Notes under the pieces: model-generated
Database searches by the model: none
Seen by the model: only the letters and a program-made list of their open reading frames with translations
Told to the model about the DNA's origin: nothing
Made by a program: the position numbers and the translations under genes
In this document: positions 25,981 to 36,800 of the stretch, piece after piece
Numbering within the stretch: position 1 is the stretch's first letter
How the letters are laid out: each line of letters starts with the position of its first letter
Source of the DNA: Bacteroidota bacterium
Lineage (GTDB): Bacteria; Bacteroidota; Bacteroidia; Cytophagales; Cyclobacteriaceae
Direction of reading: 5' to 3'
DNA: 64,000 nt
Assembly: GCA_023431285.1 (NCBI GenBank)
Contig: JAEYXN010000314.1
Span: 309 to 64,308 of the forward strand

Positions 25981-26517
25981 TTGAAAAAAATCATCGCCAT
26001 AGCACTGATCGCCCTCATCCTCATGAATGTCATGGGCTACTATGGAGTGTTTATCGGCCTTCAGATCAAGAACGATGTCGCTATGAAGACTCGACTCGAT
26101 CTGGACGACTTCTCCCCTTCACAAATTGTCACAATCGAAATTCCACTTACCCTTCCTTACGGTGCGGCTGCTTCGGATTTTGAACGCGTGGATGGAACCT
26201 TTACTCACAAAGGCGAAGTGTACAGGTTGCTTAAGCAAAAAGTATTCAACGATGTACTGACCATTCAGTGTGTTAAGGACTCCGAAGCAAGAAAGATCCA
26301 GCTGGCTCTGGCGGAATATGTAAAGACCTTTGCCGATGACCAGTCCTCTTCTACTCAAGGAAAGACAGTATTCACTTTCATCAAAGATTATTTACCTGAA
26401 TCGATCTCTATCGGCCAATTGTCTGGCTGGTGGAACGTGGATCTGATCAGAAACTCTTCTACTAAAGTATTTATCTCATCTTTCGTCAGCAACATTGTTC
26501 ATCCGCCTGAACGCTGA
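25981..26517 (+). CDS. hypothetical membrane-anchored protein
   Basis: 178-aa ORF with a TTG start (the next ATG is at 26026). It has an N-terminal TM helix (KKIIAIALIALILMNVMGYYGVFIGL). No family was recognised. Confidence 0.45.
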   Translation: MKKIIAIALIALILMNVMGYYGVFIGLQIKNDVAMKTRLDLDDFSPSQIVTIEIPLTLPYGAAASDFERVDGTFTHKGEVYRLLKQKVFNDVLTIQCVKDSEARKIQLALAEYVKTFADDQSSSTQGKTVFTFIKDYLPESISIGQLSGWWNVDLIRNSSTKVFISSFVSNIVHPPER

Positions 26518-26761
26518 CCGCGACACCCGGTAATGTTTCGTTACCAGATTGAAGCACTCACCTTATATCCTTTCTGTTAGTTTGGTTATGGCAGCCAGGA
26601 TGGTATTGCTTCACACTTAAGTTAAAAATTGTTGGAAAATATTGGGACCGCCGGTCCAGTGGTTTGGGGTGCTGGCGGTTCCCATTATGATAGATACCAG
26701 GGGCGTTTTCGGTCCCCTTGAATTTGCAGACAAGTCCTGCGTCTGCTCCCCTCACAGGGAT

Positions 26762-27391
26762 TCATTTAATTCTCTTGATTACGGTACTTACAATAAGCCA
26801 GATGACTGGTGGAAGACCCGCACTTAGGATGATCGCGATCGTTGGGTCAGCATTTCCCTGGGCTCCGATAATGCTGTAAACGACTGCCATCGGAATGGTG
26901 CCACATAGCAAGGCGACGTGAAACTTAATCGCGTTCATGCGCGTCAGACCCGCCATACAAGCTACCACCTCAGGCAAAACGGGTAACCATCTCGACAGAA
27001 CGACGATCCAGCCACCGGCACGTTCCGCGATACCTCTCCCCTTTTCAAATTCTTTCTCTCCCAATATCTTTTTCGTAGTGCCTTCTCCGAATGAACGACA
27101 AACCCAGTAGGCCAGGGATCCGCTTCCGAACGAGCCTGCAATGCTGATCAGTGAACCTATTACCGGACCATAGAGAAACCCTGTCGCTGCCATGATGATC
27201 GTTGCCGGAAGCGGGAGCAGGAGATCAGTAATCAACAAGAGTATTGACATCAGCCATGCCCATGGACCATAGTTCCGTAGCCATCCCATAGACCCTTCCA
27301 GGGTGAACATCTGCATGAGGTCATCTCCCCAGATCGCAAATGAGATCAGGACAATAGCAGTGAACGCAATTAATGCGGCAAGAAGGCGCAA
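26762..27391 (-). CDS. DedA / TVP38-TMEM64 family membrane protein
   Basis: 209-aa polytopic ORF with the pattern LLPLPATIIMAATGFLYGP...G...GS...Y...R typical of SNARE-associated/VTT domain proteins. The annotated start is TTG, so the true start is uncertain. Confidence 0.7.
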   Translation of the reverse strand: MRLLAALIAFTAIVLISFAIWGDDLMQMFTLEGSMGWLRNYGPWAWLMSILLLITDLLLPLPATIIMAATGFLYGPVIGSLISIAGSFGSGSLAYWVCRSFGEGTTKKILGEKEFEKGRGIAERAGGWIVVLSRWLPVLPEVVACMAGLTRMNAIKFHVALLCGTIPMAVVYSIIGAQGNADPTIAIILSAGLPPVIWLIVSTVIKRIK

Positions 27392-27459
27392 TGGTGTCTG
27401 TTTGGAAAGCTAAAAATAGGAGGATTAACGATCTGTCAAATGTTTTTTAGATTTGCAGT

Positions 27460-27900
27460 ATGAGTAAGCCTGTTCCGGAAAAGGTAAGTCCATCGGACGC
27501 TAAAGAACGCGCCCTCGCGCTCGTGAGAACTGTACGTTTTCCTGTGCTCGCCACAATGGATGGAGTTCAGCCAAGGGTACGACCTGTTTCTCCGGTCCGC
27601 ACCGAGGGCTTTACCATTTACGTTGCGAACCTCCGTAGCTATCACAAGACAACGGAGATTGCGGATAATCCCAAAGTAGAACTCTGTTATGTCGATGGAG
27701 ACCATAATCAGGTGCGAATCTCCGGGGTCGCTGAAGTGCTGAAAGACAGAAATATCCTTGAAGATATCTGGCGAAGTAACAAACTGCTTCAGCATTATCT
27801 CGGGTCTATCGATAATCCGGACCTGATCGTTTACAGGATCATCCCACAACGGGTGCGCTACATGGTGGAGTGGGCGCTGGAGTATTACGAGATCGAATAG
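27460..27900 (+). CDS. pyridoxamine 5'-phosphate oxidase family protein (general-stress-protein-26-like)
   Basis: 146-aa ORF. FPVLATMDGVQPRVRPVSPV...NPKVELCYVD...VRISGVAEV fits the split-barrel FMN-binding fold pattern. Confidence 0.7.
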   Translation: MSKPVPEKVSPSDAKERALALVRTVRFPVLATMDGVQPRVRPVSPVRTEGFTIYVANLRSYHKTTEIADNPKVELCYVDGDHNQVRISGVAEVLKDRNILEDIWRSNKLLQHYLGSIDNPDLIVYRIIPQRVRYMVEWALEYYEIE

Positions 27901-27945
27901 GTCTTTCCTGATATTTGTGGTTGACTAAAACGGAACCAAGTTTGT

Positions 27946-28041
27946 GGCGCGTCCCTGCGGGCCGGGCTGTCCGTTACAAGTCCTCGCTCCTCCCACTTCC
28001 CATCGCCGCTGCGGGCTTTCCACTTCCATCCCTCGCGCGGG
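27946..28041. repeat. GC-rich intergenic element, copy 2 (partner at 9978-10062)
   Basis: GGCGCGTCCCTGCGGGCCGGGCTGTCCGTTACAAGTCCTCGC...CACTTCCATCCCTCGCGCGGG aligns end-to-end with copy 1 apart from an 11-nt insertion. Confidence 0.85.
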
Positions 28042-28150
28042 CCTCTGCTTCTTTTTTGGTCATTCACTATGAGTTGCGTATATCACTTCGGTTGCCCAAG
28101 ATCAAGCAAGGAAAAATCAGTGTATTAAGTGAAAAACACATCATGAGGAT

Positions 28151-30157
28151 CTATCCTGCAACGGAAGCATTGGAGGACTCGGTCACCGGTTGACTCTGGT
28201 TGTTCTTCGGAATGCGCAGGGTAAGCGTTGTGCCGGATCTGGAGGAGTGAGAATCAACTTCAACAGTTCCCTTCACAACACTCATGCGCGACCGGATGTT
28301 CTTCCATCCATTTCCAGTTCCTTTCTCAAGGGCGTTGACATCGAAGCCACGACCGTCATCTTCAACCATCACCACGAGCTCGTCTTCATGACCTGTGAGA
28401 TGTATCTCGACACGATTAGCACTCGCGTATTTAATGATATTATTGGTCCATTCCTGGATCACACGGTAAAGGGAGATCTCTTCCTGTTCAGTGAGTCGAC
28501 CGGGGAAGTTAAAAGCGGAAACACTGAAGCGAGGCCCTCCCGATTGATTGAGGCGCGACACCATTTCATCGAGAGCAGGTTTGAGACCGGCATGAATGAG
28601 CGTGTGCGGCATCAGGTTGAAAGCGATGCTTCTGAATTCATGATTGATCTGTTTCAGAAGTCCATCGGTGCGTTCGAGTACATCCAGCTTCTTTTCATCA
28701 TCCCGCGCAGTGTTAATCTCCTCCAACGAGAGTCGCAAACTGGATATCCATTGACCCATTCCGTCATGCAAATCCCTTGCAAAACGTTTTCTCTCGTTTT
28801 CCTGCGATTCTATAGATGCCTTGATGAGAGCCTCGCGCAATGAGATTTCATGTTCCTTGCGAGCTACATCCCGTTTTCGTGCTTCACGACCGCGAAGCAA
28901 TAACACAATGATCACAATAAGAGCCAGCGTAACCACTAACGCAGCAATGACTACTACGTCCCGTTGAATCCTTGTTTCCTTGCGCGCAAGCTCTGCATCT
29001 TGTAAAGCGATGGTCTGCTCTTTCTTATCGGTCTCGTACCTGACTTGCAAGGCGGCAACTTCTTTTCGCCCGGCTTCACTGATCAGGGAGTCCTTTACCG
29101 CAGCGTATTGTACGTGGGCATCGAGGCTTCTCCGCCAGTCTCCATTCGCTTTGTAGAGTTCATACAGGTTAAGGTGAATCTTCCCTTCCTCGGGACGAAC
29201 ACCTTTTTTCTGAGCTGAATCCAGAGCTTCCAGAAGATAACGTTCCGCAAGCGCATAGTTTCCCCGTTGCGTCTCTATTCGTCCCATCATATTCAGACTG
29301 GAGACCACACCGGAAAACTCACCGATCTTTCTTCTCAAAGCCAACGCCTGCGCTGAATACCATTGAGCGCTGTCATAATTATTCTCCAGGGTATAAATCT
29401 CGGCCAGGTTGTTCTGCACCACTGCCAGGCTCGTTGAATTACCCTTCTCTACAAGAAGCGCGAGTGCATGATGGTAAACTTTCTTCGCCTCGGGGTAGTT
29501 GCCTTTCCTAAAGTATATGTTGCCGGTATTGATAAGGGAGGTCCCCATTTCTGCTGTGTTGCCGGTCTTTTGATGTTGCACAAAAGCCTGCTGGTAGTAC
29601 TCAAGTGCCTTGTTAAGGTCGTTCTGATACTCGTATACCGCTGCGACATTGTTCAACGCCTGGCCTATTCCCATAGGAATGTTAATCCCTTCATATAAGC
29701 GCAATGCCGCCAATTGATGGCGAAGTGCCTGCTCATATTCACCTTTCCGAAAGAATGAGCCACCAAGCTTTAGCTGAAGGCTCGCCACGCGGACGCTGTC
29801 TCCAAGAGATCTCCTGAGTGAAAGGGCCTCCCGCCAGTATGATGTCGCTTTGTCGTAGCTAGCTTTGTCATAATGCAGAAACGCGGCGTCACTGTAAACC
29901 TGTGCAAGTCCACTTATGAAGCCGAGCTTTCTGCCAAGTGCGATTCCCATTTCTCCAAACCTGAGCGCGGAGTCTTGGTCAACGACGCGATACTCGTAAC
30001 ACAGGTCTGCAAATGCGAGGACACCCAGCGTATCATTTGCATGACGTGCTGCAACCTTCCTCAGACTATCAAGCCGGTCTCTCAATTGAGGTTGTGCGAG
30101 GGAATAGAAACAACAAAGAACCAATAAGATCGTCAGACATCGGCGAGTCGGGCTCAT
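28151..30157 (-). CDS. TPR-repeat sensor histidine kinase (HisKA_3 / NarX-DegS type)
   Basis: The N-terminus has a signal peptide or anchor, followed by about 8 TPR-like repeats and a TM helix (VVVIAALVVTLALIVIIVLLL). The H-box is FARDLHDGMGQ. HATPase_c motifs are EWTNNIIKYA, DDGRGF and GNGWKNIRSR. Confidence 0.9.
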   Translation of the reverse strand: MSPTRRCLTILLVLCCFYSLAQPQLRDRLDSLRKVAARHANDTLGVLAFADLCYEYRVVDQDSALRFGEMGIALGRKLGFISGLAQVYSDAAFLHYDKASYDKATSYWREALSLRRSLGDSVRVASLQLKLGGSFFRKGEYEQALRHQLAALRLYEGINIPMGIGQALNNVAAVYEYQNDLNKALEYYQQAFVQHQKTGNTAEMGTSLINTGNIYFRKGNYPEAKKVYHHALALLVEKGNSTSLAVVQNNLAEIYTLENNYDSAQWYSAQALALRRKIGEFSGVVSSLNMMGRIETQRGNYALAERYLLEALDSAQKKGVRPEEGKIHLNLYELYKANGDWRRSLDAHVQYAAVKDSLISEAGRKEVAALQVRYETDKKEQTIALQDAELARKETRIQRDVVVIAALVVTLALIVIIVLLLRGREARKRDVARKEHEISLREALIKASIESQENERKRFARDLHDGMGQWISSLRLSLEEINTARDDEKKLDVLERTDGLLKQINHEFRSIAFNLMPHTLIHAGLKPALDEMVSRLNQSGGPRFSVSAFNFPGRLTEQEEISLYRVIQEWTNNIIKYASANRVEIHLTGHEDELVVMVEDDGRGFDVNALEKGTGNGWKNIRSRMSVVKGTVEVDSHSSRSGTTLTLRIPKNNQSQPVTESSNASVAG

Positions 30158-30236
30158 ACGGCAGGTAGAGGTAGGGATATGAACATCAAGATGATCAATT
30201 TCTCCCTGATATTAAACTCCTGGAAGAAATAAAAAG

Positions 30237-30863
30237 CTAGATCAGATTATTGGCGTACGCAAATTTGATCAGGCCAACAAGGGAGTTAGTGCCTGTTTTT
30301 CGGAAGATGTTTTTCCGGTGTGTTTCAACAGTCCGTTCGCTGATAAAAAGTTGCTCTGCTATCTCCTTGTTGGAATATTCCTTTGCGATGAGTTTCACTA
30401 TTTCGCGTTCTCTGTCGGTAAGCAGTTTTCCTTCGTCGGGGTTATTCAGGTTCTGGATCAGTAGCTTATTGACATCGCTGCTGAGATAGATCTTCCCGGC
30501 CTGCACATCTTCTATGGCCTGAACAAGCTCGCGGTGGGAATCATTCTTCAGAACGAATCCATGGACTCCTGCTTTGAGAATCTCTTTCACGAGGTGCACT
30601 TCATTGTGCATGCTGAGAACAATGAGTCGCATATCAGGACGTATCCTGGTGATCGTATGAATCAAAGATAAACCATCCATCCCGGGCAGATTAAAGTCGG
30701 TGATGAGCAGATCAGCTTCTTCCCGCTCAAAATATTTGAGAGCGCTTTCCGCTGTCGAGAACGTTTTTTCTACTCGAAGACCTTCCTGCTTTTCCAAAAG
30801 ACTTTTGATTCCATCCATCAGGATAGCATGGTCATCAACAAGAACAACACGGGTGACCGTCAT
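30237..30863 (-). CDS. LuxR/NarL-family response regulator
   Basis: The REC domain shows VVLVDDH...DLLITDFNLPGMDG. The C-terminal HTH is LTDREREIVKLIAKEYSNKEIAEQLFISERTVETHRKNIFRK. The likely start is MTVTRV at 30863 (the ORF is open to 30908). Confidence 0.95.
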   Translation of the reverse strand: MTVTRVVLVDDHAILMDGIKSLLEKQEGLRVEKTFSTAESALKYFEREEADLLITDFNLPGMDGLSLIHTITRIRPDMRLIVLSMHNEVHLVKEILKAGVHGFVLKNDSHRELVQAIEDVQAGKIYLSSDVNKLLIQNLNNPDEGKLLTDREREIVKLIAKEYSNKEIAEQLFISERTVETHRKNIFRKTGTNSLVGLIKFAYANNLI

Positions 30864-30982
30864 TCGCGGCTTAGGTTTGAAGAACTTAAAAATACCAGCG
30901 TTTTCCATTCACTACAAATAAAATAATGAATGATGGGTCACGGTATCCGTGCTGGTGGGTATCATTCAGTAGCGCGTGACAC

Positions 30983-31024
30983 GTAGCAGGTAGCATGTAG
31001 CATGTAACAGGTAGGTGGCAGCAT
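30983..31024. repeat. heptanucleotide tandem array, GTARCAR orientation (6 units)
   Basis: GTAGCAG GTAGCAT GTAGCAT GTAACAG GTAGGTG GCAGCAT. This is the reverse complement of the array at 31114-31245. Confidence 0.85.
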
Positions 31025-31113
31025 AGGACATGCTCCAGGTATCATATTCCACCTAGTCCTACCCAGATTGATTTCAGCGGCAGGTAACATCGTGCCATAG
31101 GCATGAGCGCTTC

Positions 31114-31245
31114 TTGCTACGGCAGTTTGCTACTTGCTACTTGTTTCCTGTTACTTGCTCCCTGCTACTTGCTACCTGCTACTTGTTACCTGCTACTTGC
31201 TACTTGCTACTTGTTACCTGCTACCTGTTACTTGCTACCTGCCCC
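31114..31245. repeat. heptanucleotide tandem array, YTGYTAC orientation (about 18 units)
   Basis: 31127-31245 is exactly 17 contiguous 7-nt units (TTGCTAC, CTGCTAC, TTGTTAC, CTGTTAC and degenerate variants). One more unit lies at 31114-31120. Confidence 0.9.
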
Positions 31246-31385
31246 TTCCGTGCCCGATTGCGGACACCCCTGTGCGATCCTGAATAGCAAGAAGGGGCAT
31301 TCACCGCTGAATTTCCATGTATTGGGCTATTTTTTCCGGGCACGGATGTTGGCATCCACAGGTGATTTTAAACAAAATACCTCTT

Positions 31386-33812
31386 ATGCTGAAGAATTAT
31401 GTCCTCATCGCTTTTCGCAACCTTCAGAAGCACAAGTCTTTTTCACTGATCAATATACTGGGGCTGTCTCTGGGACTTGCGTGTTGCCTTATGCTCACGC
31501 TCTATATCCAGGATGAGCTGAGCTATGACAAGGATCTCAACAGAAAGGAAGATGTTTACCGGATCGTGACAGAGTTCGAAGGCGTCATTGGTTTCGACAA
31601 ACTGGGGACAGCCTCACCTCCAATAGCCCTTGCGTTGGCAGAAGAGTTACCTGAAGTGGAAGCGGCGGCGCGTCTGCTTACCCCTCCCGGTACAAATCAA
31701 AACCTCATCAAGCATGGAGACAACGTCTTCTACATTTCTGATGGTTACCTCGGCGACTCAACTGTATTTGACGTCCTTACCTTTGACATAATCGAAGGTA
31801 ACCCTTCCACCGCGCTGGAACATCCCAATTCCATCGCTATCGCGGAATCTCTCTCTAAGAAACTCTTCGGAAACGAGTCTGCTCTCAATAAATCATTTCA
31901 ACTCAGCCAGGGGAATGAATCATTTGAAGTGAAGGTTACTGCAGTGTACAAGGACAAGAAAAAGAGTGTAATCAGACCAAACTTCATCGTAAACATATAC
32001 AGCGGCGGATTGGGTATGTATCTGCGGTCTCCCAATGCTAACAACGAATGGGCTGGACAAAACTTCGTGCCTTCTTACCTCAAGCTGGTACCGGGACACA
32101 ACCGTGAGGAGGTAATCAGTAAAATGAATGCCGTCCTCACCAAATACGGCGCTGAAAACATGAAGGCTCTCGGGATCAAGAAGAAGCTTTCCATCGAACC
32201 CGTCAAAGACATCTACCTGCATTCAGATGTACAGCAAAGTCCGCGTATCAACGGGATCTACATCGTCGCGTCAATAGGGTTCTTCATACTTCTCCTGGCC
32301 TGTATCAACTTCATGAACCTTTCCACAGCGAAGGCAACAAAACGTGCCGCCGAAATAGGTGTGCGTAAAGTGCTGGGTGCATTTCGAAGCTCACTCATTT
32401 CCCAATTGCTCGGAGAAGCGATGATCCTGGTTTTGATCGCCGTTATCGTAAGCCTCGTGATCATTCAACTCGCCCTCCCCTGGTTCAATACGCTTACAGG
32501 AAAAGAGATCTCTTTAGGGTTGCTCAACAACCTCCCATTCGTATTACTGGTAATCTCGATAGTAATTATTACCGGTGTTCTTGCAGGCAGTTATCCTGCA
32601 TTCTATCTATCATCATTCAAACCCGCAAGTGTCCTCAAAGGACGCCCTTCGATGAGCAATGCCTCTGGAAAGTTGCGTCAGACACTTGTTGTATTCCAGT
32701 TTGTCATTGGTATCGGACTCGTTTGTTCCATGATCACTATTTCTCAACAAATGGAGTTTATGCGCAATAAGAATCTCGGATTTAACTCAGACGCAAAGGT
32801 GGTCATTCCGTTACGGACGGATAATGCGTTAAAAGCGTATCCTGTGTTGCAAAAGGAGGTTAGCAAGATACCAGGCGTTAAAGGTGTATCAGGAACCGAT
32901 TACGTTCCGGGTTCTTATATCTTCAACGATATGCCGCTTTACAAGCGCGGAGAAAACATGGACGTAGCCAAACTGCATCGCATCAACGTGGTAGATCACA
33001 ACTACATGGAATTGCTGGGATTAAAGCTTGTGGCAGGAAGACAGTTTACAGATAATCGTGAGACCGACGGTGGATCAAAGATCATCGTGAACATGTCCTC
33101 GGTAAAAGAGCTTGGCCTCACTCCCGAAAAGGCTATCGGAGAAAAGTTGTACTTCGACTGGCAGGGAAACACAAGGGAATTTGAAGTGATCGGTGTTATG
33201 GAAGACTACCACCAGGTATCACTGAAGGAAAAGATCAATCCGATGGCGTTTCGCAGCCCAGCTATGGACGAATCATTCGCATATGCTGTACTGGACATTA
33301 AGACGGACCAGTTCTCTTCAGCGAAAGTCGCAGTAGAAGAAACCTGGAAATCGCTCGTGAACGATACACCGTTTGAGTTCCAGTTTCTCGATGAAAACAT
33401 TCAGGAGCAATATTCAGAAGACAAGAAAGTGGCTGCAATCATTGGCACTTTCACGGTAATGGCAATGATAATTTCCTGTCTGGGCCTCTATGGATTGTCA
33501 ACTTACATGACCGAACGCAGATTCCGTGAGATTGGTATCCGTAAAGTAATGGGCGCCAGCGTTAAAGATATTCTAAGGATAATGACCGGCGAGTTTATCA
33601 AGCTTGTTTTGATTGCTTTCGCTATTTCCATTCCGCTGGCGTGGTGGGGCATGACCAAATGGCTCGAGACCTTTGCTTACAGAATTGAGATCGGTGTGGT
33701 CGCGTTCCTTATTGCAGGTGGCGCCGCCGTCATCGTCGCGTTGATAACAGTAAGCATGGAATCATTCAGAGCAGCGACTACTGATCCTGTCAAGGCTTTG
33801 AAAGCTGATTAG
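31386..33812 (+). CDS. MacB/FtsX-like ABC transporter permease (no adjacent ATPase)
   Basis: The likely start MLKNYVLIAFRNLQKHKSFSLINILGLSLGLAC at 31386 is the canonical N-terminus of Bacteroidota FtsX-type permeases. There are two 4-TM FtsX modules with large extracytoplasmic domains. The C-terminus reads RAATTDPVKALKAD. Confidence 0.9.
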   Translation: MLKNYVLIAFRNLQKHKSFSLINILGLSLGLACCLMLTLYIQDELSYDKDLNRKEDVYRIVTEFEGVIGFDKLGTASPPIALALAEELPEVEAAARLLTPPGTNQNLIKHGDNVFYISDGYLGDSTVFDVLTFDIIEGNPSTALEHPNSIAIAESLSKKLFGNESALNKSFQLSQGNESFEVKVTAVYKDKKKSVIRPNFIVNIYSGGLGMYLRSPNANNEWAGQNFVPSYLKLVPGHNREEVISKMNAVLTKYGAENMKALGIKKKLSIEPVKDIYLHSDVQQSPRINGIYIVASIGFFILLLACINFMNLSTAKATKRAAEIGVRKVLGAFRSSLISQLLGEAMILVLIAVIVSLVIIQLALPWFNTLTGKEISLGLLNNLPFVLLVISIVIITGVLAGSYPAFYLSSFKPASVLKGRPSMSNASGKLRQTLVVFQFVIGIGLVCSMITISQQMEFMRNKNLGFNSDAKVVIPLRTDNALKAYPVLQKEVSKIPGVKGVSGTDYVPGSYIFNDMPLYKRGENMDVAKLHRINVVDHNYMELLGLKLVAGRQFTDNRETDGGSKIIVNMSSVKELGLTPEKAIGEKLYFDWQGNTREFEVIGVMEDYHQVSLKEKINPMAFRSPAMDESFAYAVLDIKTDQFSSAKVAVEETWKSLVNDTPFEFQFLDENIQEQYSEDKKVAAIIGTFTVMAMIISCLGLYGLSTYMTERRFREIGIRKVMGASVKDILRIMTGEFIKLVLIAFAISIPLAWWGMTKWLETFAYRIEIGVVAFLIAGGAAVIVALITVSMESFRAATTDPVKALKAD

Positions 33813-33844
33813 ACTTTGAACTATTTCTGATCTTTCATAAAAAC

Positions 33845-33872
33845 GAAGGGACTGCCATTGGACAGTCCCTTC
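33845..33872. terminator. hairpin between convergent genes (candidate bidirectional terminator)
   Basis: GAAGGGACTG (33845-33854) pairs with CAGTCCCTTC (33863-33872). The hairpin is flanked by A-rich and T-rich tracts (CATAAAAAC ... TTATTTAA). Confidence 0.6.
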
Positions 33873-33894
33873 TTATTTAAACGCATGCTAACAC

Positions 33895-36800
33895 TTACAC
33901 TTCCAGTGTCTGATATTTTTTAGCTTTCTCTTCGTTCACCAGTCCCGTTTTCACAAGAAGTCTGTCGACTAGCTGGTACACGACAGGCACTACGACAAGG
34001 GTAAGGATCGTTGAGCTTACAAGCCCGCCAATGATTGCCCATGCAAGACCATTCTTCCATGCTGCACCCGCACCGGATGCCAGCGCCACGGGAAGCATAC
34101 CTACCACCATCGCGATCGTGGTCATCAACACAGGACGCAGACGTTCCTTCGTTGCTTCGAGAAGCGCATCTATTGTCGGGAGACCTTTCGCTTTCAGGTG
34201 GTTCGTAAAGTCCACGACAAGGATGGCGTTCTTGGCAACTAAACCGATGAGCATGATGATCCCCAGTATGGTAAAAATACTCAAGGTGTGACCGGATAAT
34301 GCCAGCGCCCAGAGAGCACCGATCATTGCCAGTGGTATCGAGAACAGCACCACAAAAGGATAGATAAAGTTATCGTACAGCGCCACCATGATCAGATACA
34401 CAAGGAGGATGGAGGCCATGAAAGCGAAACCTAACTGAGCGAATGACTCTTCCTGGTTCTCCTGGTTACCGCCGAAAGTCACTGCAACACCCGCAGGCTT
34501 GTCAACGCTATCGAGAATGGTCTTAAGCTCTGATGCTACCTCTCCTGAGGAACGTCCAAGCAATTGAGCATTGATGTTCACGGAAGTGATCCTGTTGTAT
34601 CGCTCAAGTCTTGACGGGCCTGAGCTTTCTTTTACTTCAGCGAACTGATCCAGCCGTATTTGCTGACCGAACTTATTCATGAAGGACAGTGACTTAATAT
34701 CATTTACACTACGGCGGTCATATTCGTCAAACCTCACGTTGATATCATATTCATTTTCTCCCTGACGGAACTTCGCATCGGAGTTTCCATTGAAAGCGAA
34801 CTGCATAGTTGCGCCCACTGTCTGAAGGTCGAGGCCAAGCTCAGCCATTTTTCTTCGATCTGTGCTGACGACAACCTCCGGGCTGCCGCTTTCCACAGAA
34901 AGCATAACCTCCTGGGTTCCCTCAACTTTCTCAACCCTTTGACGGAGTGATTCAGCAAAGCTCATCACGGTATCGTAGGCAGGACCGGTCACTATGAGTT
35001 GGATCGGCGCCTGGTTTGCAGTACCCAGAAGTGACACAGGTGTCGCTTTTACTTTAACGCCAGGAAACCTTTCCATGATCTCGTTCTTCAGCAACACACC
35101 ATAGATGTCCGAGCTTTCATTCCTTTCGTCAACAGGAACCAACTTCACGTTGATCTCCGACTTATATGCAGTTCCCTGCGATGAGCCCATACCGCTTTCG
35201 CTGCTCTGCCCTACTGATGTGAATATTGAAACCACCTCCTGCTTGGAGGCAACATACTCCTCCACATGACGGGTCATTACATTGTTCTGGTCAACCGAGG
35301 TCTTCTTGGGATATTCAAGGACGAGGATAAACTCGCCCCGGTCACCCTGAGCCACAAACTCAGATCCGATGAAACCCGCTATTACCAATGCAAGTGATCC
35401 AAAGAATAGCACTATAGCAGAAAGAATCGTTACTGCGCGGTGAGCGAGAGCCCACTTCAGAAGACTTTGGATCCATGCTCCGAAACGATCGAGACCTGTT
35501 TCAAAACCAAGAATGATACGTCCGAAGAAGTTATCCTTTGAGATATGTTCAAGCTTTCCGAACCTTGAATAAAGGAAAGGAACCATTGTAAATGATACGA
35601 GCAGTGAAAGTAATGTCGCAATTACCACAACAATGGAGAACTGCTTCATGATGTTGGATATAAGTCCGGTTGTCAACGCGATAGGGAGAAACACCACCAC
35701 GATTACGAGTGTAATCGAGACAACGGTAAAACCGATCTCCTTCACACCGTCATAGGCTGCCTGCACACGGTTCTTACCCATCTCCATGTGCCGGTATATA
35801 TTTTCAATCACCACGATCGCATCGTCAACCAGGATCCCCACAACGAGTGAAAGCCCCAGGAGCGACATAAGATTGAGCGTAAATCCGAACATAGACATCC
35901 CGATAAAGGTTGCCACAAGTGACAGCGGGATCGCGACCATTACGATGACCGCGTTGCGGAAAGAGTGCAGGAACAGAAGCATGATTGCTGCTACGAGAAT
36001 CACCGCGAGTATAAGATCGTGGATTACCGCATCCGCAGCTTCCAATGTATATTCCGAAGAATCCTGCGCAATTGTAAACTTGAGGTTATTGCCTTCATAG
36101 ATCTTTTCAAGTTTGGCAAGCTCTTCACGAACAAGTTCGCTCACCTGAACCGCGTTTGCATCCGACTGCTTCTGTATGGATATCCCTATTGAGTTTTGAA
36201 GGTCGATACGGTTTACAAGAGTTGTCTCTTTCTTGGTATCCTGAACTTCCGCCACATCGGACAGACGCACCGGGCCTCCGTTGACATTGGATGCCACTAC
36301 AAGGTTTCTCAGGTCATCGAGATTAGCGTATTTCCCTGCGAGCCTCACCAGTACCTGTTCATCCTGAGTTCTGATCTTCCCTGTCGGGAAATCCAGGTTT
36401 GATGATTCTATCAGCTGTACGAGCTGCGGCAATGAAAGGCGATACGCCTTAAGCTTCTCGTTACTCACGTTGACACGTATCTCGCGTTCTTCCCCACCAA
36501 TGAGATTAGTCTGGGCCACACCGGCGATCTTGGCGATGTTCGGACGAATACGTTGCTCAACCAGGTCATATAATTCTGTACCATTCATCGCGGCAGAAAC
36601 ACCGAGACGGATGATAGGCATGTCATCAAACGAGAACTTTCCAAGAGAGGGGCTCAGCACATCTTCAGGAAGCGTCGCCAAAGTAGCGTTCACTTTACGT
36701 TGAGCATCCTGTAACGCAAGGTCAACGTTCGCATCCGGGTTCAGCTCAACGACCACAACGGCAATTCCTTCATAGGATGTCGCCGTGATCTTCTTGACGT

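Noticed and set aside
26644-26685. Imperfect hairpin GGGACCGCCGG...CTGGCGGTTCCC between the convergent genes 25981..26517 and 26762..27391.
   Set aside because: The stem has a bulge and mismatches and neither strand has a clear T-tract. It may be a terminator, but the support is too weak to list.
28190-28843. 217-aa plus-strand ORF inside the TPR histidine kinase gene. Similar cases are 60181..60759, 22196..22654, 27436..27849 and 49324..50052.
   Set aside because: All are antisense to ORFs with clear catalytic or HTH motifs, and none has a recognisable domain.
31103-31516. 137-aa ORF (LLATCYLLPATCYLLLATCYLL...).
   Set aside because: It is a translation of the 7-nt tandem repeat, giving a 7-aa periodicity. 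It overlaps the true start region of the FtsX-like gene in another frame.
31386-33812. MacB/FtsX-type permease without an adjacent ABC ATPase, considered as a possible anomaly.
   Set aside because: Orphan FtsX-like permease genes in multiple paralogous copies are common in Bacteroidota genomes, so this is not unusual on its own.
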